Shown here piece after piece: positions 1 to 10,567 of a stretch of 37,773 nt of DNA. This DNA is from Nitrososphaerales archaeon (GTDB lineage: Archaea; Thermoproteota; Nitrososphaeria; Nitrososphaerales; JACAEJ01). Below the pieces are notes generated by a model. The model searched no databases. It saw nothing but the letters and a program-made list of their open reading frames with translations, and was not told the DNA's origin. The stretch lies in assembly GCA_038883135.1 (NCBI GenBank), contig JAVZMU010000003.1, forward strand, positions 1 to 37,773, given 5' to 3'. Position 1 is the stretch's first letter, and each line of letters opens with the position of its first letter. A program made the translations under genes and the position numbers.

Positions 1-159
1 AAAAGATTTTATCACAAGAAATGGTCTTAATCTCTTACCTCCTGTTCTTATTAAATGTGACGAAGCGTCATACAAAATCTTAGGTTTACCTTTTAATAAT
101 GAGTAGATATAATCATTTACTTGTAATGCCGATGCTTCTAGTTGCTCTGCTAAACTCAT
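1..159 (-). CDS. idsA: Polyprenyl (geranylgeranyl) diphosphate synthase, N-terminal part (runs off window)
   Basis: Manual translation from ATG at 159: MSLAEQLEASALQVNDYIYSLLKGKPKILYDASSHLIRTGGKRLRPFLVIKSF. GGKRLRP is the trans-prenyltransferase motif. ATGA overlap with the fni stop. Confidence 0.92.
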   Translation of the reverse strand, partial: MSLAEQLEASALQVNDYIYSLLKGKPKILYDASSHLIRTGGKRLRPFLVIKSF

Positions 160-1214
160 AATCTTAGCCACTCTGCCAATTCACCTGTGATTACATACCT
201 CACTCCTCTCATCGCTTTTATATTATTACAACCAACTGCAAACATAACTGTTTTAAGCTCAAGAATAATCTTTCTAAGAAAGGAAATTAAAGAATCCTTA
301 GAAATTGCTGCATACTTTAACAAAGGCAAGGCCATGCCTATCAAATTAGCTCCTAAAACTAAACTCTTCGCTATTTCTAAGCCTGTTCTTATGCCACCTG
401 ATGCAATTATGGGTATCTTTACAGCTTTTCTAGTTTCTATTAAGCTTACTGCTGTTGGAATACCCCAGTCCCAGAAGATTCGACCAAGCTCTGACTTTTC
501 TTTATCATTTAAAGCCAGAGCTCTATAATGCTCCACAGCAGACCAACTAGTCCCTCCTAATCCTGAAACATTTATAGCTGAAACTCCTGCCAATTCTAAT
601 CTTGTGGCTACTTCCTTTGATATACCAAACCCTACCTCTTTAACTATTACAGGCGCGTTTAGTTGAGTTACTAATTCATGAATTTTGTTTATCACACCTT
701 CATAGTGAGGTTCTCCACCAACTTGAATAGCTTCTTGTAATGGATTTAAATGAATAACAAAGGCGTTTGCATTTATCATATCTATACATCTCTTTGCTTC
801 TTCTTTTCCAAATCCTTTCAATAATTGTACAGCCCCTATATTCGAAGCCAAGAATATGTTTGGAGCTCTCTTTCTTACTATGGAGTAGGTTTCAGCTAAA
901 GATGGAGAGTATATTCCCGCCCTTTGGCTACCTACTACCATTCCTATGCCAAACTCTTCAGCAGCTAAAGCTAAGTTTTCGTTTATCTTTAGAGATTCAG
1001 GGGATCCTCCTACCATAGCGTCAATTAGTATTGGTGCTGAAAACTTATGATTTAGGAATAAAGTAGATGTGTCTATAGAATCTAAATTTAATTCTGGTAA
1101 AGCGTTATGAATCAAATGAACACATTCAAAAAGAGTAGACTTTCTCGACTCTACATCCTTTTCTAAACAAATTTTTATATGATCTAATTTTCTCTCGATT
1201 AAATTCTCACTCAT
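156..1214 (-). CDS. fni: Type 2 isopentenyl-diphosphate delta-isomerase (FMN-dependent)
   Basis: RKLDHI, GSQR, HLNPLQE, KEVGFG, GGTSW and SGGIRTG motifs; isoprenoid operon context. Confidence 0.96.
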   Translation of the reverse strand: MSENLIERKLDHIKICLEKDVESRKSTLFECVHLIHNALPELNLDSIDTSTLFLNHKFSAPILIDAMVGGSPESLKINENLALAAEEFGIGMVVGSQRAGIYSPSLAETYSIVRKRAPNIFLASNIGAVQLLKGFGKEEAKRCIDMINANAFVIHLNPLQEAIQVGGEPHYEGVINKIHELVTQLNAPVIVKEVGFGISKEVATRLELAGVSAINVSGLGGTSWSAVEHYRALALNDKEKSELGRIFWDWGIPTAVSLIETRKAVKIPIIASGGIRTGLEIAKSLVLGANLIGMALPLLKYAAISKDSLISFLRKIILELKTVMFAVGCNNIKAMRGVRYVITGELAEWLRL

Positions 1215-1977
1215 TTTTTATCCCTTTTATAAATGTTCCTATTGAAATCTCTCCCTTCAATGCTTTACAAATTCTATCTTCTCTCGTGCCATTTATGAAC
1301 ATTACATCTATACCATTCTTTGCTATTCTTATAGCTTCTCTTAACTTAAGCGCCATGCCTCCAGTAACATCCAAATTTATGCTTTTGAATTGTATATTTG
1401 TTAAATCTTCCAGCTTTAGCTCTTTAATAAGAGAATTTGTCTGATTTAAATCCCTAAATATCCCGTCTAAGTTCAAAAGAAATATCACCCTTATAGGTCT
1501 TAAAGCTTTTGATAGCATTTTTGTAATTTCATCCCCTGATAGTACATAGAAACCTTCTGATCTCAAAAGAACATCTCCATAAGTGACAGGAGTTAAGCCA
1601 TAATTTATAAGAGATGAGAATAGTTTATTTTTCGCTTTGAAGGACAATTTCACAAAGCTAGATGGAGGTAATGGATAAGGATTAATACCATGTTTATTCA
1701 AGCAATTCAAAACCTCAAGATTAAGCTTTAACATGGACATCCTAGTCTTTGATACTCCTTCAGCAGAGACTCTTGAAGGTTTAGTCTTTAAGCCATATTT
1801 GTTAGCAAAGTAATGTCCAAAAGAACCGCCACCATGCACTAATATAAGGGGGTTATCAGATTTTGATAAAGCATTACAAATAACATCTATTGCTTCTAAA
1901 TTTATAGTTAATGGTTTATCTTTATATGTGATAAGAGAACCGCCAAGCTTCACTATTATTAACTCTTTTCTTGCCAA
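1207..1977 (-). CDS. ipk: Isopentenyl phosphate kinase (amino-acid kinase family)
   Basis: KLGGSLIT, VHGGGSFGH, SGD and DVTGGM motifs; lies between mvk and fni. Confidence 0.93.
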   Translation of the reverse strand: MARKELIIVKLGGSLITYKDKPLTINLEAIDVICNALSKSDNPLILVHGGGSFGHYFANKYGLKTKPSRVSAEGVSKTRMSMLKLNLEVLNCLNKHGINPYPLPPSSFVKLSFKAKNKLFSSLINYGLTPVTYGDVLLRSEGFYVLSGDEITKMLSKALRPIRVIFLLNLDGIFRDLNQTNSLIKELKLEDLTNIQFKSINLDVTGGMALKLREAIRIAKNGIDVMFINGTREDRICKALKGEISIGTFIKGIKNE

Positions 1978-2921
1978 ACTTTTACACCTTCGAGAGGTAA
2001 TTTAACAATAGATACATCGATGCCTTTTCTTTTTAGCGTATTCGCTACAATACTTGCCTCACCAGATCTTGGCAAAGCTATAATACAACCTCCTCCACCA
2101 GCACCAGTAAGCTTAGCTCCAATACAACCAGCTTCAAGAGCTTTTTCTACAATATTGTCTAACTCTGTTGTTGACACTCCGAGATGGCTTAAAACTGTAT
2201 GAAAGAAATTCATTATAGCACCTAAAGTTATAATGTCTTTATTGATTAATGCATAGGCTGCCATCTTTGTAAAATAATTAGAGGATAAAACCAAAGATGT
2301 GAAAAGATTAGGATACGATTTCTTCATTTCTGAGAATTTTGAGACCATCTCAAATGTTTTGTGTTTAATCCCACTATAACATATAAGAAATTCAACATCT
2401 TTTTTCAATTTTATTCGTTTAGGCTTCTCTCCCATCTTGAATAAAATTACTCCACCATAAGTTGCAACATTAACATCAATACCTGATGGTTTTCCATGAG
2501 TTATTCTTTCAGATACCATAGCAAGATTTACAATTTCTTCTAACGACAATTTATGATTAAAAACTGATGCAGTAGCTGCAACTGTTGCTACAGCAACTGC
2601 ACTTGACGAACCAAGACCTGAAGAGATAGGCAATTCTGAATCTATTATCAATTTAACACCTTTTTTCTCTCCTATGAATTCTAAAGTAGCCTTTATAGCT
2701 TCTAAAGTAGGTTTAAAAAATAGAGAAGCTTCTCCTTCCTTCGAAGAAAAAGAGCCCAAGGTTTTAGATATAATCTCAATGCCTTCAAAAGCTTTAGCTT
2801 CTACCAATGCACATTTATCAATAGCTGCAGCAAGAGCTAAAGAACCGTGAACTACAAAATGCTCTCCAGTAATTATTATCTTGCCTGGAGCCTTAGCAAA
2901 AAATCTCAAAGACGTTTTCAC
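1959..2921 (-). CDS. mvk: Mevalonate kinase
   Basis: GHMP motifs PGKIIITGEHFVVHG, PISSGLGSSSA, HGKPSGID and KLTGAGGGGC. Confidence 0.96.
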   Translation of the reverse strand: MKTSLRFFAKAPGKIIITGEHFVVHGSLALAAAIDKCALVEAKAFEGIEIISKTLGSFSSKEGEASLFFKPTLEAIKATLEFIGEKKGVKLIIDSELPISSGLGSSSAVAVATVAATASVFNHKLSLEEIVNLAMVSERITHGKPSGIDVNVATYGGVILFKMGEKPKRIKLKKDVEFLICYSGIKHKTFEMVSKFSEMKKSYPNLFTSLVLSSNYFTKMAAYALINKDIITLGAIMNFFHTVLSHLGVSTTELDNIVEKALEAGCIGAKLTGAGGGGCIIALPRSGEASIVANTLKRKGIDVSIVKLPLEGVKVWQEKS

Positions 2922-3760
2922 TGAAATAGGATAGATGCGTAACCTACTACACTATTATAGTCTCCAGTTATATCTCCGCTCGTTGCGTATTTGAGAAGCT
3001 TTCCATTTGTTATGTTAAGCTCTTTAGCTGCTGTAATTATCGCTGCTACAGGTCCATATCCACACATAGTTACATCCAGATTTTCAATAACATTGTAAAG
3101 TTTAGGTACGTCCATTTGTAATATTGCTTTAATCGCCTCTGAATCCTTCCTTAAAGCAACCTCTTGTGGCTCATAATGAGTGAAGTCTGAAGAAGCTATA
3201 AGTAAGAATTTTTTATCTTTTACGCAATTCGCTATGGCTTTACCAACATCAATAGCTGTTCTCATATCTTGAAGCATCATGCTTATTGGTAGTATCCTGA
3301 TTTTTTCATGGAATATGTATTGAAGGAATGGAATCTGAACTTCTATAGAATGTTCTCTCATATGAGCTGAATCATCAAAGTCGACAATACCAGACAACTC
3401 TACTAAACGCTTTGCTAAATTAGCATCAACCTCGACTCTTCCTAAAGGTGTCTCCCAAACTCCTTCTCTAACAGTCGCTACACCGCTTCCTATACCATGA
3501 TGGTTAGGTCCTGCTATAACCACTAATTCTACACTCTTTAAATAAGAGCAAGCATAGTATCCATGCGCAGCTACGGGACCTGAGTACATGTACCCTGCAT
3601 GTGGTGAAATGAGGACAACTTTCTCACTAATTATCTCATTTGATGGCGGCTTCTTTCTCGGTCCTAACTCGTGAAGAAAAGACTCCTCAATGCTTGCCTT
3701 TAATTCATCATAATTGGAAGGATAGAATATCCCAGCTACAGCTGGTCGTCTTAGCTTCAC
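2918..3760 (-). CDS. MEMO1-family protein (AmmeMemoRadiSam system protein B)
   Basis: RRPAVAGIFYP, PHAGYMYSG, GPNH, EHSIEVQIPF, SSDFTHY, CGYGP and VVGYAS motifs. Confidence 0.94.
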   Translation of the reverse strand: MKLRRPAVAGIFYPSNYDELKASIEESFLHELGPRKKPPSNEIISEKVVLISPHAGYMYSGPVAAHGYYACSYLKSVELVVIAGPNHHGIGSGVATVREGVWETPLGRVEVDANLAKRLVELSGIVDFDDSAHMREHSIEVQIPFLQYIFHEKIRILPISMMLQDMRTAIDVGKAIANCVKDKKFLLIASSDFTHYEPQEVALRKDSEAIKAILQMDVPKLYNVIENLDVTMCGYGPVAAIITAAKELNITNGKLLKYATSGDITGDYNSVVGYASILFQ

Positions 3761-4425
3761 TTTACACTTTCCTCCACAATCTTTGTTTCAAAATCTTCTA
3801 TTGAATACTTTAGCTGTTGATCAGGGGTTAGAGCTCCTGAGTGAATTAAGACTGCTCTAGCTAATAGCCAAAAGATAGTAGCTAAAGCCCTTCTTCCTCT
3901 GTTATTGCCTGGAATTACAAAATCTATGTTAGAAGTAACGTTATCAGTATCACATATAGCGATTACAGGAACTCCTACCTTTGATGCCTCATCCACAGCT
4001 CTAGAGTCTATTACTGGGTCTGTAATTATTACAAGCTCTGGATCTATATGTTCAGGGTAAAGAGGATTTGTAAAAGTGCCTGGCATGAATCTACCTGTTA
4101 TAGGTATTGCTCCTGTTAATGAACAGAACATTTCGACAGGAGTCTTACCATACTCTTTTGCAGAACACACAACGATTCTTTTTATATCTGATCTCGCTAT
4201 GGCCTTTGCAGCAATATCTATTCTTGATAGGATTTTATCAAGGTCTATTATACGCAAGCCATCTGGTCTAGTTCTACTGATGAACTTTTCCATATCCTTA
4301 GTCTTGATCAAAGTACCAACTCTTATACCTGTAGCCAGTAGAGTTTTTTCCGAAAGTTGAGCAATTATAAGCTTCTCAGATGAACCACTCTCATCTTTTT
4401 CTTCATCAACTTTTTTACGCGACAA
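3757..4425 (-). CDS. rps2: 30S ribosomal protein S2 (uS2)
   Basis: GRFMPGTFTNP, CDTDN and IPGNNRGRRAL motifs; TTG start preceded by a GGAGGTG Shine-Dalgarno. Confidence 0.96.
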   Translation of the reverse strand: MSRKKVDEEKDESGSSEKLIIAQLSEKTLLATGIRVGTLIKTKDMEKFISRTRPDGLRIIDLDKILSRIDIAAKAIARSDIKRIVVCSAKEYGKTPVEMFCSLTGAIPITGRFMPGTFTNPLYPEHIDPELVIITDPVIDSRAVDEASKVGVPVIAICDTDNVTSNIDFVIPGNNRGRRALATIFWLLARAVLIHSGALTPDQQLKYSIEDFETKIVEESVK

Positions 4426-4427
4426 AT

Positions 4428-5675
4428 TTACACCTCCAATTTAGCCATATTACATCCGCCCAACTCTTCATCTATCCTTAAGAGCTCATTAAGCTTTGAT
4501 AAACGTTCTCCTCCTACTACTCCAGACTTTATCATCTTGGATTGAGTAGCTATGGCTATATGGGATAAATGAACGTCAGAAGTATCGCCTGATCTATGAG
4601 AAGTTATTAAAGTGTAGTTATTCTTTCTTGCATTTTCAGCGAATTTTAAAGCATTACCTAAAGTTCCTGCTTGATTCACTTTTAATATTGCAGCATTTCC
4701 AGCTTTCATTTTAATACCTTTTAACAGGCGGGATGTATTGGTTACAAAAATATCGTCTCCTACAATATACACTTTACTCAATTTCTTTGTTAGCTCAGCG
4801 AATTCATCGTAAGCTTCTTCATGAAAGGGATCCTCTAAATATACAAGATGGTAGTTCTTGACTAATTCTACAACAAAATCTAATTGTTCTCCCGACGATC
4901 TTTTTACTCCTGATCTCTCATAAATGTAAGCTTTTTCATTATTATCCCAAAGTGATGAAGAAGCAAAATCAACTCCTAATTTTATATTAAAACCAAAAGC
5001 GTCAGAAACTATTTGTGATGCTAATGATACTAGTTCAAAGGCTTCTTCATCTTTTACACGCGGCGCCCAACCTCCTTCGTCACCCTTTCCTCCCGTGAAG
5101 TATGGATCTTTCTTCTCAATTTGCTTCTTTAGTTCTTTATGCACTGCTATATTAGCCTTTAAGCTTTCTCTGATGCTTTTTGCACCTAGAGGACATATTA
5201 AAAATTCTTGAATATCAGGAGCACCAGGACCAGCATGCTTTCCTCCGCATAAGACATTTCCTAAAGGATAAGGCATAAGATATGGTCCTTTAGGTAGAAG
5301 CATTTTGTAGAGAGGTATGCCTTTAGCTTTTGAAAAAGCTTCAGCCGTTGCCATGGTTATAGCATAGGCAACTGATCCACCTATCCTACTAAAGTTCTCT
5401 GTACCATCTATTTCTCTTAGTAATTCACTTAGAGAATAAGGATCAGAAGCATCAAATCCTATAAGCTTTGGTGAATAATCAAAAAATAGTTCTAAAGTGG
5501 CTTCAATACCTTTGGGATTAAAACTAATAGCCTCGTACTTACCAGTACTAGCTCCTCTTGGTGCACAAGCCCTACCAATAAAGCCATTAACCTTCACATC
5601 AACTTCTATAGATTCATCGCCTCTACTATCATAACATACTCTTGCTTTGATGGCTTCAATAAAGGCTTTTTCCAT
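4428..5675 (-). CDS. eno: Enolase
   Basis: DSRG, GASTG, GGKHA, QEF, GDEGG, EDP, VGDD, LKVNQ and SHRSG catalytic/metal motifs all present; GAGGTG SD. Confidence 0.96.
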   Translation of the reverse strand: MEKAFIEAIKARVCYDSRGDESIEVDVKVNGFIGRACAPRGASTGKYEAISFNPKGIEATLELFFDYSPKLIGFDASDPYSLSELLREIDGTENFSRIGGSVAYAITMATAEAFSKAKGIPLYKMLLPKGPYLMPYPLGNVLCGGKHAGPGAPDIQEFLICPLGAKSIRESLKANIAVHKELKKQIEKKDPYFTGGKGDEGGWAPRVKDEEAFELVSLASQIVSDAFGFNIKLGVDFASSSLWDNNEKAYIYERSGVKRSSGEQLDFVVELVKNYHLVYLEDPFHEEAYDEFAELTKKLSKVYIVGDDIFVTNTSRLLKGIKMKAGNAAILKVNQAGTLGNALKFAENARKNNYTLITSHRSGDTSDVHLSHIAIATQSKMIKSGVVGGERLSKLNELLRIDEELGGCNMAKLEV

Positions 5676-5684
5676 TTTTACACC

Positions 5685-5921
5685 TCAAAGTTGTTCTGAC
5701 TCGAATTCAGCATGTCTTTTTGCAAGAACTTCGAAGTAGGGTATAGTACTTTCTATAATATCAACATTAGATAGTAAAATCCTTCTACAACAGTACTTTT
5801 TTATTCCCATTTTATCCAATGCTTTACCAGGGTCCTCTCCTTCCTTTACTTTCTTAACGAATTCTTCATATTTGTCTGCTATCAATGCACCACATGTGAA
5901 ACATCTAACAGGTATCATCAT
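5685..5921 (-). CDS. rpoN: DNA-directed RNA polymerase subunit N (Rpo10)
   Basis: IPVRCFTCG...YCCRR zinc motif. Confidence 0.97.
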   Translation of the reverse strand: MMIPVRCFTCGALIADKYEEFVKKVKEGEDPGKALDKMGIKKYCCRRILLSNVDIIESTIPYFEVLAKRHAEFESEQL

Positions 5922-6200
5922 AGAAATAGCCTCTTTTTATTCACCTTAAAATGATTTATCGTCATATTTAGGTCTTCTCTAATTAACATTATTTTATCAT
6001 GATAAGCTTAATCTGTTTTTATGAACAGTTTAGGCTTTTCTCATTAAAGCTAAATTGCTCTTATGCATATCTTGATATACTTACTTTAACTGCTCTCTTT
6101 TAATCCAACTATAGTTTTCATATTAATGTTTTTTACTTTTTAGGAGTGTTATTTGTCTTTATTTAGTAACTTTTTTAAACCTAAAGTATAACTAATTGTT

Positions 6201-6527
6201 ATGAGTCCAGAAAAGATTGTTGTAATTGCTGATTTTAGCATAATTCCTATTGGATTGGGTACTACGAGTGTGGGGAAACAAATCGCCATAGCAATAGATG
6301 CCATAAGAGAAGTTAAAGGTATAAGGTATGAAGTCACTCCTATGGGAACAGTTATTGAGGCTGAGAAGCTTGATACTATTCTTGAGGCTGTAAAAGTTGC
6401 CCATGAAGCTTTATTCAAAGCTGGAATTAAAAGAGTTGAATCTAACCTTCGAATAGATGATAGAAGGGATAAACCTAGAACCATGGAAGATAAGGTAAAA
6501 GGCATAAAAGAATATATGAAGAAGTAA
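6201..6527 (+). CDS. MTH1187/YkoF-like thiamine-binding family protein
   Basis: ADFSIIPIG, YEVTPMGTVIE, AHEA and RIDDRRDK...MEDKV pattern. Confidence 0.9.
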   Translation: MSPEKIVVIADFSIIPIGLGTTSVGKQIAIAIDAIREVKGIRYEVTPMGTVIEAEKLDTILEAVKVAHEALFKAGIKRVESNLRIDDRRDKPRTMEDKVKGIKEYMKK

Positions 6528-7043
6528 AGTTAGAGATAATTGGAATAATGTAGTTCTTTATTTGTAGTAAAGACTCTAGCTTAATCGAATGAATTTTAGA
6601 GAAGTTTTGTGATGTTCTTTACTTGATAATTGCTCAACTTTATTTTAAGATGAAACTTAGGCTAAGCAGGCTACTTGTTAATTATTAAACTATTCCTAAC
6701 TTAAAAATGGAGAATTTAATTATTAAAATTAAAATGATTGGAAGTTTTTAATCTTTAATTAAATTGAGAGCAAATATGAGTTTACCATCACTATATTTCA
6801 TCCTTCATTAAGATAGCAGTATTTGTTAGCAAGTCCTATATTAATGAAAAATTACTAAATGTAAAAATTAAAGAAATGAAGGAGTCTGACAAAGAGGGTA
6901 TAGAAAAGATTTGGTGCTTTAATCCAGGATGGGTATTAAAATTCTTCAGGCATATTTCATCACGTTATTAAAACAAAAATTGGGTATTATATATTGAGAA
7001 ATTAATTATGAAATTTATATACACCATAGTGGTATAGTTAGGT

Positions 7044-7292
7044 ATGATGGAAGAATTAGGTAAAGTTACGCATTACTATCCGAAGATAGGAGTTGCTATA
7101 GTAGAGCTAAAAGCACCACTAAAAGTCGGAGACAAGATTCAGATAAAAGGAAGAAAGACTGATTTTGAGCAGATAGTGGAATCCATACAGATTGAACATA
7201 AGAACGTTCAATCTGCTGAATCTGGAAAGTTTATAGGCTTAAAGGTAATTCAAAAAGTCAAAGAGGGAGATCTTATCTACGCAGTTAAATAA
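7044..7292 (+). CDS. Small beta-barrel protein (EF-Tu domain II-like / U32 peptidase C-terminal-like)
   Basis: GKVTHYYPKIGVA, LKVGDKI, TDFEQIVESIQIEH, IGLKV and EGD pattern. Confidence 0.8.
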   Translation: MMEELGKVTHYYPKIGVAIVELKAPLKVGDKIQIKGRKTDFEQIVESIQIEHKNVQSAESGKFIGLKVIQKVKEGDLIYAVK

Positions 7293-7300
7293 TATAGAGT

Positions 7301-9061
7301 TTATTTTACAGTAACAGATTTTGCAAGGTTTCTAGGTTTATCTACGTCAGCTCCTCTATTAATAGCTAAATAATAGGCAAGCATCTGCAAAGGTATTACT
7401 TCTATTATAGGATAGAATAATTCATCAATTTGAGGCAAAAGGATGAAATCGTCATAAACCTCATTATTTATATTTGATATCCCTATTATTTTCGCTCCCC
7501 TAGCCTTTATCTCTAATGCATTGCTAAGAGTGTCATGATAAGTTTGATCCTTTGGGTTAAGTACTACAACGGGAGTATCTTTATCTATAAGGGCAAGAGT
7601 TCCATGCTTTAACTCTCCAGCCGCCATTCCCTCAGCATGAATGTAAGATAATTCTTTGAGTTTTAAAGCACCCTCTAATGCTATTGGATAGTGGACAGAC
7701 CTACCTATAAAGTAGAAGTCATTGCTATTCTTGTACTTTTCAGCTATTTCTACAATTTTATCTTTCTGTTTGAAGATGAAATCAATGTGATCGTTAAACC
7801 TTTTTAGTTTATTTATTCTAAAAACATTATCAATCATAGTGAAGGCAAGAAAATAGATTAATGTAAGTTGGGATGTGAAGCTCTTAGTTGCTGCAACCCC
7901 TATCTCTGGACCACAATTTAGATAAAGCGTAAGATCACTCTCTCTATCAAGAGTTGAGCCCATGACATTAACTATTGAAAGAATTTTTGCTCTCTTCTCT
8001 TTTGCTTTCCTAACAGCATCTAGAACGTCTGCAGTCTCACCACTCTGAGAAATGGCAAGAATTATTGTATCTTTATCCACCCAATCTATTACCTCGTTGA
8101 ATTCGCTTGCTAGGATAGTTTCGCAATAAACTTTTGAGATTTTTGAGAATAGATATTTTGCTAAAAGTCCTGCATGGAAGCTAGTGCCAGAAGCGGTAAT
8201 GAACAATTTCTTAGCTGCCTTAATAGAATTACAGAATTCATTTAATTTTATTTGATCTTGGTGGAGAGAACTCTTTAAAGTACTTGATTGCTCATAAATC
8301 TCCTTAAGGGTATAGTGAGTAAACTCTTTCTTAGATGCATCACAAGCTTCCCATGCTACTTGTGTTATACTTTTTTGAGTTTCCCTTCCTTTAAAATCGA
8401 ATATTTTTAATGAATCCTTTTTAGCTATTACCGCCTCTAAGTTATCTAAAAAAATCACTTTGTCTGTATGCTCAATAAAGGATAGAACATCACTAGCTAA
8501 GAAGGTTTTATTTTTCCCTACACCTATCACGAGAGGAGAATCCTTTCTTGCTCCTATTATCACATTAGGATCGTCTTGGAAGATTGCAAGGAAAGCAAAG
8601 TTTCCCTTTATCTTTTTGACAGTTGCTAAAAGAGCTTTCTTTACGTCCTTAAATTTATTATAATATCTCTCAAGAAGATGTGCTATTACCTCACTATCTG
8701 TTTGACTTGTAAACTTGTGACCTTCAGCCAATAAAGATCTCTTAATCTCTTGAAAGTTTTCTATTATCCCATTGTGAACTATAGCTATTTCTTTTCTACA
8801 TGAAGTATGAGGGTGTGCATTTTCTTTTGTAACACCACCATGAGTAGCCCATCGTGTATGAACGATACCAACAATTCCTTTCAGTTCTAATTGGTTAATC
8901 TCATCTTCACTTATCTTTCCTGTGTTCTTTATTAATCTGATCTTATCTTGAATAACAGCCAAACCCCAGGAATCGTATCCTCTATATTCAAGCTTCTTTA
9001 CTCCATTCAATAAGATAGGGATTACATCTTCATCGCTAATGCATCCTAAGATTCCGCACAT
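7301..9061 (-). CDS. glmS: Glutamine--fructose-6-phosphate aminotransferase
   Basis: Start moved to ATG 9061 so the protein begins MCGI (N-terminal nucleophile Cys). LEYRGYDS, HTRWATHG, HNGIIEN, SQSGETAD and C-terminal PRNLAKSVTV motifs. Confidence 0.97.
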   Translation of the reverse strand: MCGILGCISDEDVIPILLNGVKKLEYRGYDSWGLAVIQDKIRLIKNTGKISEDEINQLELKGIVGIVHTRWATHGGVTKENAHPHTSCRKEIAIVHNGIIENFQEIKRSLLAEGHKFTSQTDSEVIAHLLERYYNKFKDVKKALLATVKKIKGNFAFLAIFQDDPNVIIGARKDSPLVIGVGKNKTFLASDVLSFIEHTDKVIFLDNLEAVIAKKDSLKIFDFKGRETQKSITQVAWEACDASKKEFTHYTLKEIYEQSSTLKSSLHQDQIKLNEFCNSIKAAKKLFITASGTSFHAGLLAKYLFSKISKVYCETILASEFNEVIDWVDKDTIILAISQSGETADVLDAVRKAKEKRAKILSIVNVMGSTLDRESDLTLYLNCGPEIGVAATKSFTSQLTLIYFLAFTMIDNVFRINKLKRFNDHIDFIFKQKDKIVEIAEKYKNSNDFYFIGRSVHYPIALEGALKLKELSYIHAEGMAAGELKHGTLALIDKDTPVVVLNPKDQTYHDTLSNALEIKARGAKIIGISNINNEVYDDFILLPQIDELFYPIIEVIPLQMLAYYLAINRGADVDKPRNLAKSVTVK

Positions 9062-9619
9062 GACCAATTGAGTTTTAATATTCAGGCTTAAAAATTCCAT
9101 AGCACTTTGTTATATTACCATTATAATCTTTTTTTTAATAGATTATCTTGATTCTATCCTTAGAATAGAATTGTTGCATAAAACATTAAAAAGACAATTT
9201 ATAATTGTCATCGATCTAAATGGGAGAAGGGTAGCTAGGTTACCAATAAATTTTTAGGAACGATTGAGTGAAAGATATTGATTGTAAGTATAATAGTTTA
9301 CGGTTGATTCTTATTCTTTGTCACTCCATAATTAATTAAAAATATCAACATTTATAACAGTAGCAATAATTATTCAATAATTCTAGATGGATGTTAGACG
9401 ATTAGCTACTATACCATTACCAGCTCTTATGGAAACTGAGATTTCTACTGTAACGGAAAAGATTTATCATAACCTTAGTTAAGCATTTATCAGAGTAAGG
9501 GCTTCAGACATTAAAGAAGGTATTGAAAATGCAGTTTTCATTTTTGTTTTAGCATCCATAAAAGGTTAACTTAAGAGAAGAACTACTAAAAAGCCATTTA
9601 TAATAGTTCATGGCTAAGT

Positions 9620-10567
9620 TTGCTTATGAGAAAGGAGCTTATAGTCAGAGAGAAAGATAGCTTCTTAATAAAGAATATTCTTATCTTTGATGAACCATCT
9701 AAAATGAAACCTGCCCTAAACCCCCTTAGTTGGAAGATACTAAACCTTCTTGCTCAAAAACCTATGTACCCTGCCGACATAGCAAAGTCTCTCAAGATTT
9801 ATGAACAAAAAGTTTATTATCATATAAGGCAACTACATAAAATAGGATTATTATCTATTGAAAGAGAAGAACTTATAAAAGGGGCGTTGGCTAAGTACTA
9901 TAAAATAACTTATCCAGCTTTTGGAGTTGAACTACCTTTTGGCGAGAGAAAACTTAATGTTTTAGATCCATCCTTTCCTGATGAGAAAATCCTTTCTTTC
10001 TTTAGAGAATTTTTAGCCTCAGGTACTTTTCATGGACGTATAATTGTCGGTTCACCCGAACCTCACGGACCTTATAAAGCCTCTGCAAGAGATGGTCATT
10101 ATGCTGTTCAATTAGCTTTCTTCCTTGGACAATTCAGTAAGATGCCAAACGATTTTATTATAAGGCTCGATGTGGATATAAAGGCTGAGAAGGAAGAAAG
10201 AAACAATCTTATCTTGTTAGGCGGTCCTGGAACAAATCTTATCACCGCTGATTTCAATAAGTATTTACCAATAAAATTTAATGAACAAAATTACTGGGCT
10301 GGATTATTAGATGCACAAGGGAGAACCTTTAATGATGATCATGATGGACTCATCGCTAAAATACCAAATCCTTATGATGAAAAGAAGAGCGTGATAGTTC
10401 TAGCAGGGCTAAGATACATAGGTACAAAATCAGCAGTAATAGCTATTACTAACTTCGCTAAAGAAGTCTTGAAGAATTATCATGATGAGAAAGAATGGGC
10501 TATTGTGGTTCGTGGATTTGATTTAAATGGTGACGGTAAGGTAGACTCTGTAGAAGTATTATCATAG
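9620..10567 (+). CDS. ArsR-like winged-HTH protein with C-terminal alpha/beta domain; putative one-component regulator
   Basis: N-terminal ALNPLSWKILNLL..PMYPADIAKSL...QKVYYHIRQL HTH; C-terminal GSPEPHGP and NLILLGGPGTN. Alternative ATG at 9626. Confidence 0.8.
   Translation: MLMRKELIVREKDSFLIKNILIFDEPSKMKPALNPLSWKILNLLAQKPMYPADIAKSLKIYEQKVYYHIRQLHKIGLLSIEREELIKGALAKYYKITYPAFGVELPFGERKLNVLDPSFPDEKILSFFREFLASGTFHGRIIVGSPEPHGPYKASARDGHYAVQLAFFLGQFSKMPNDFIIRLDVDIKAEKEERNNLILLGGPGTNLITADFNKYLPIKFNEQNYWAGLLDAQGRTFNDDHDGLIAKIPNPYDEKKSVIVLAGLRYIGTKSAVIAITNFAKEVLKNYHDEKEWAIVVRGFDLNGDGKVDSVEVLS

Noticed and set aside
6790-6972. Short + frame ...NVKIKEMKESDKEGIEKIWCFNPGW... resembling a GNAT N-terminus
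   Set aside because: No convincing start and no acetyl-CoA motif; too short to support, though it may be another relic.
9062-9100. 13-aa N-terminal extension on GlmS
   Set aside because: GlmS needs Cys at the mature N-terminus, so the start is ATG 9061.
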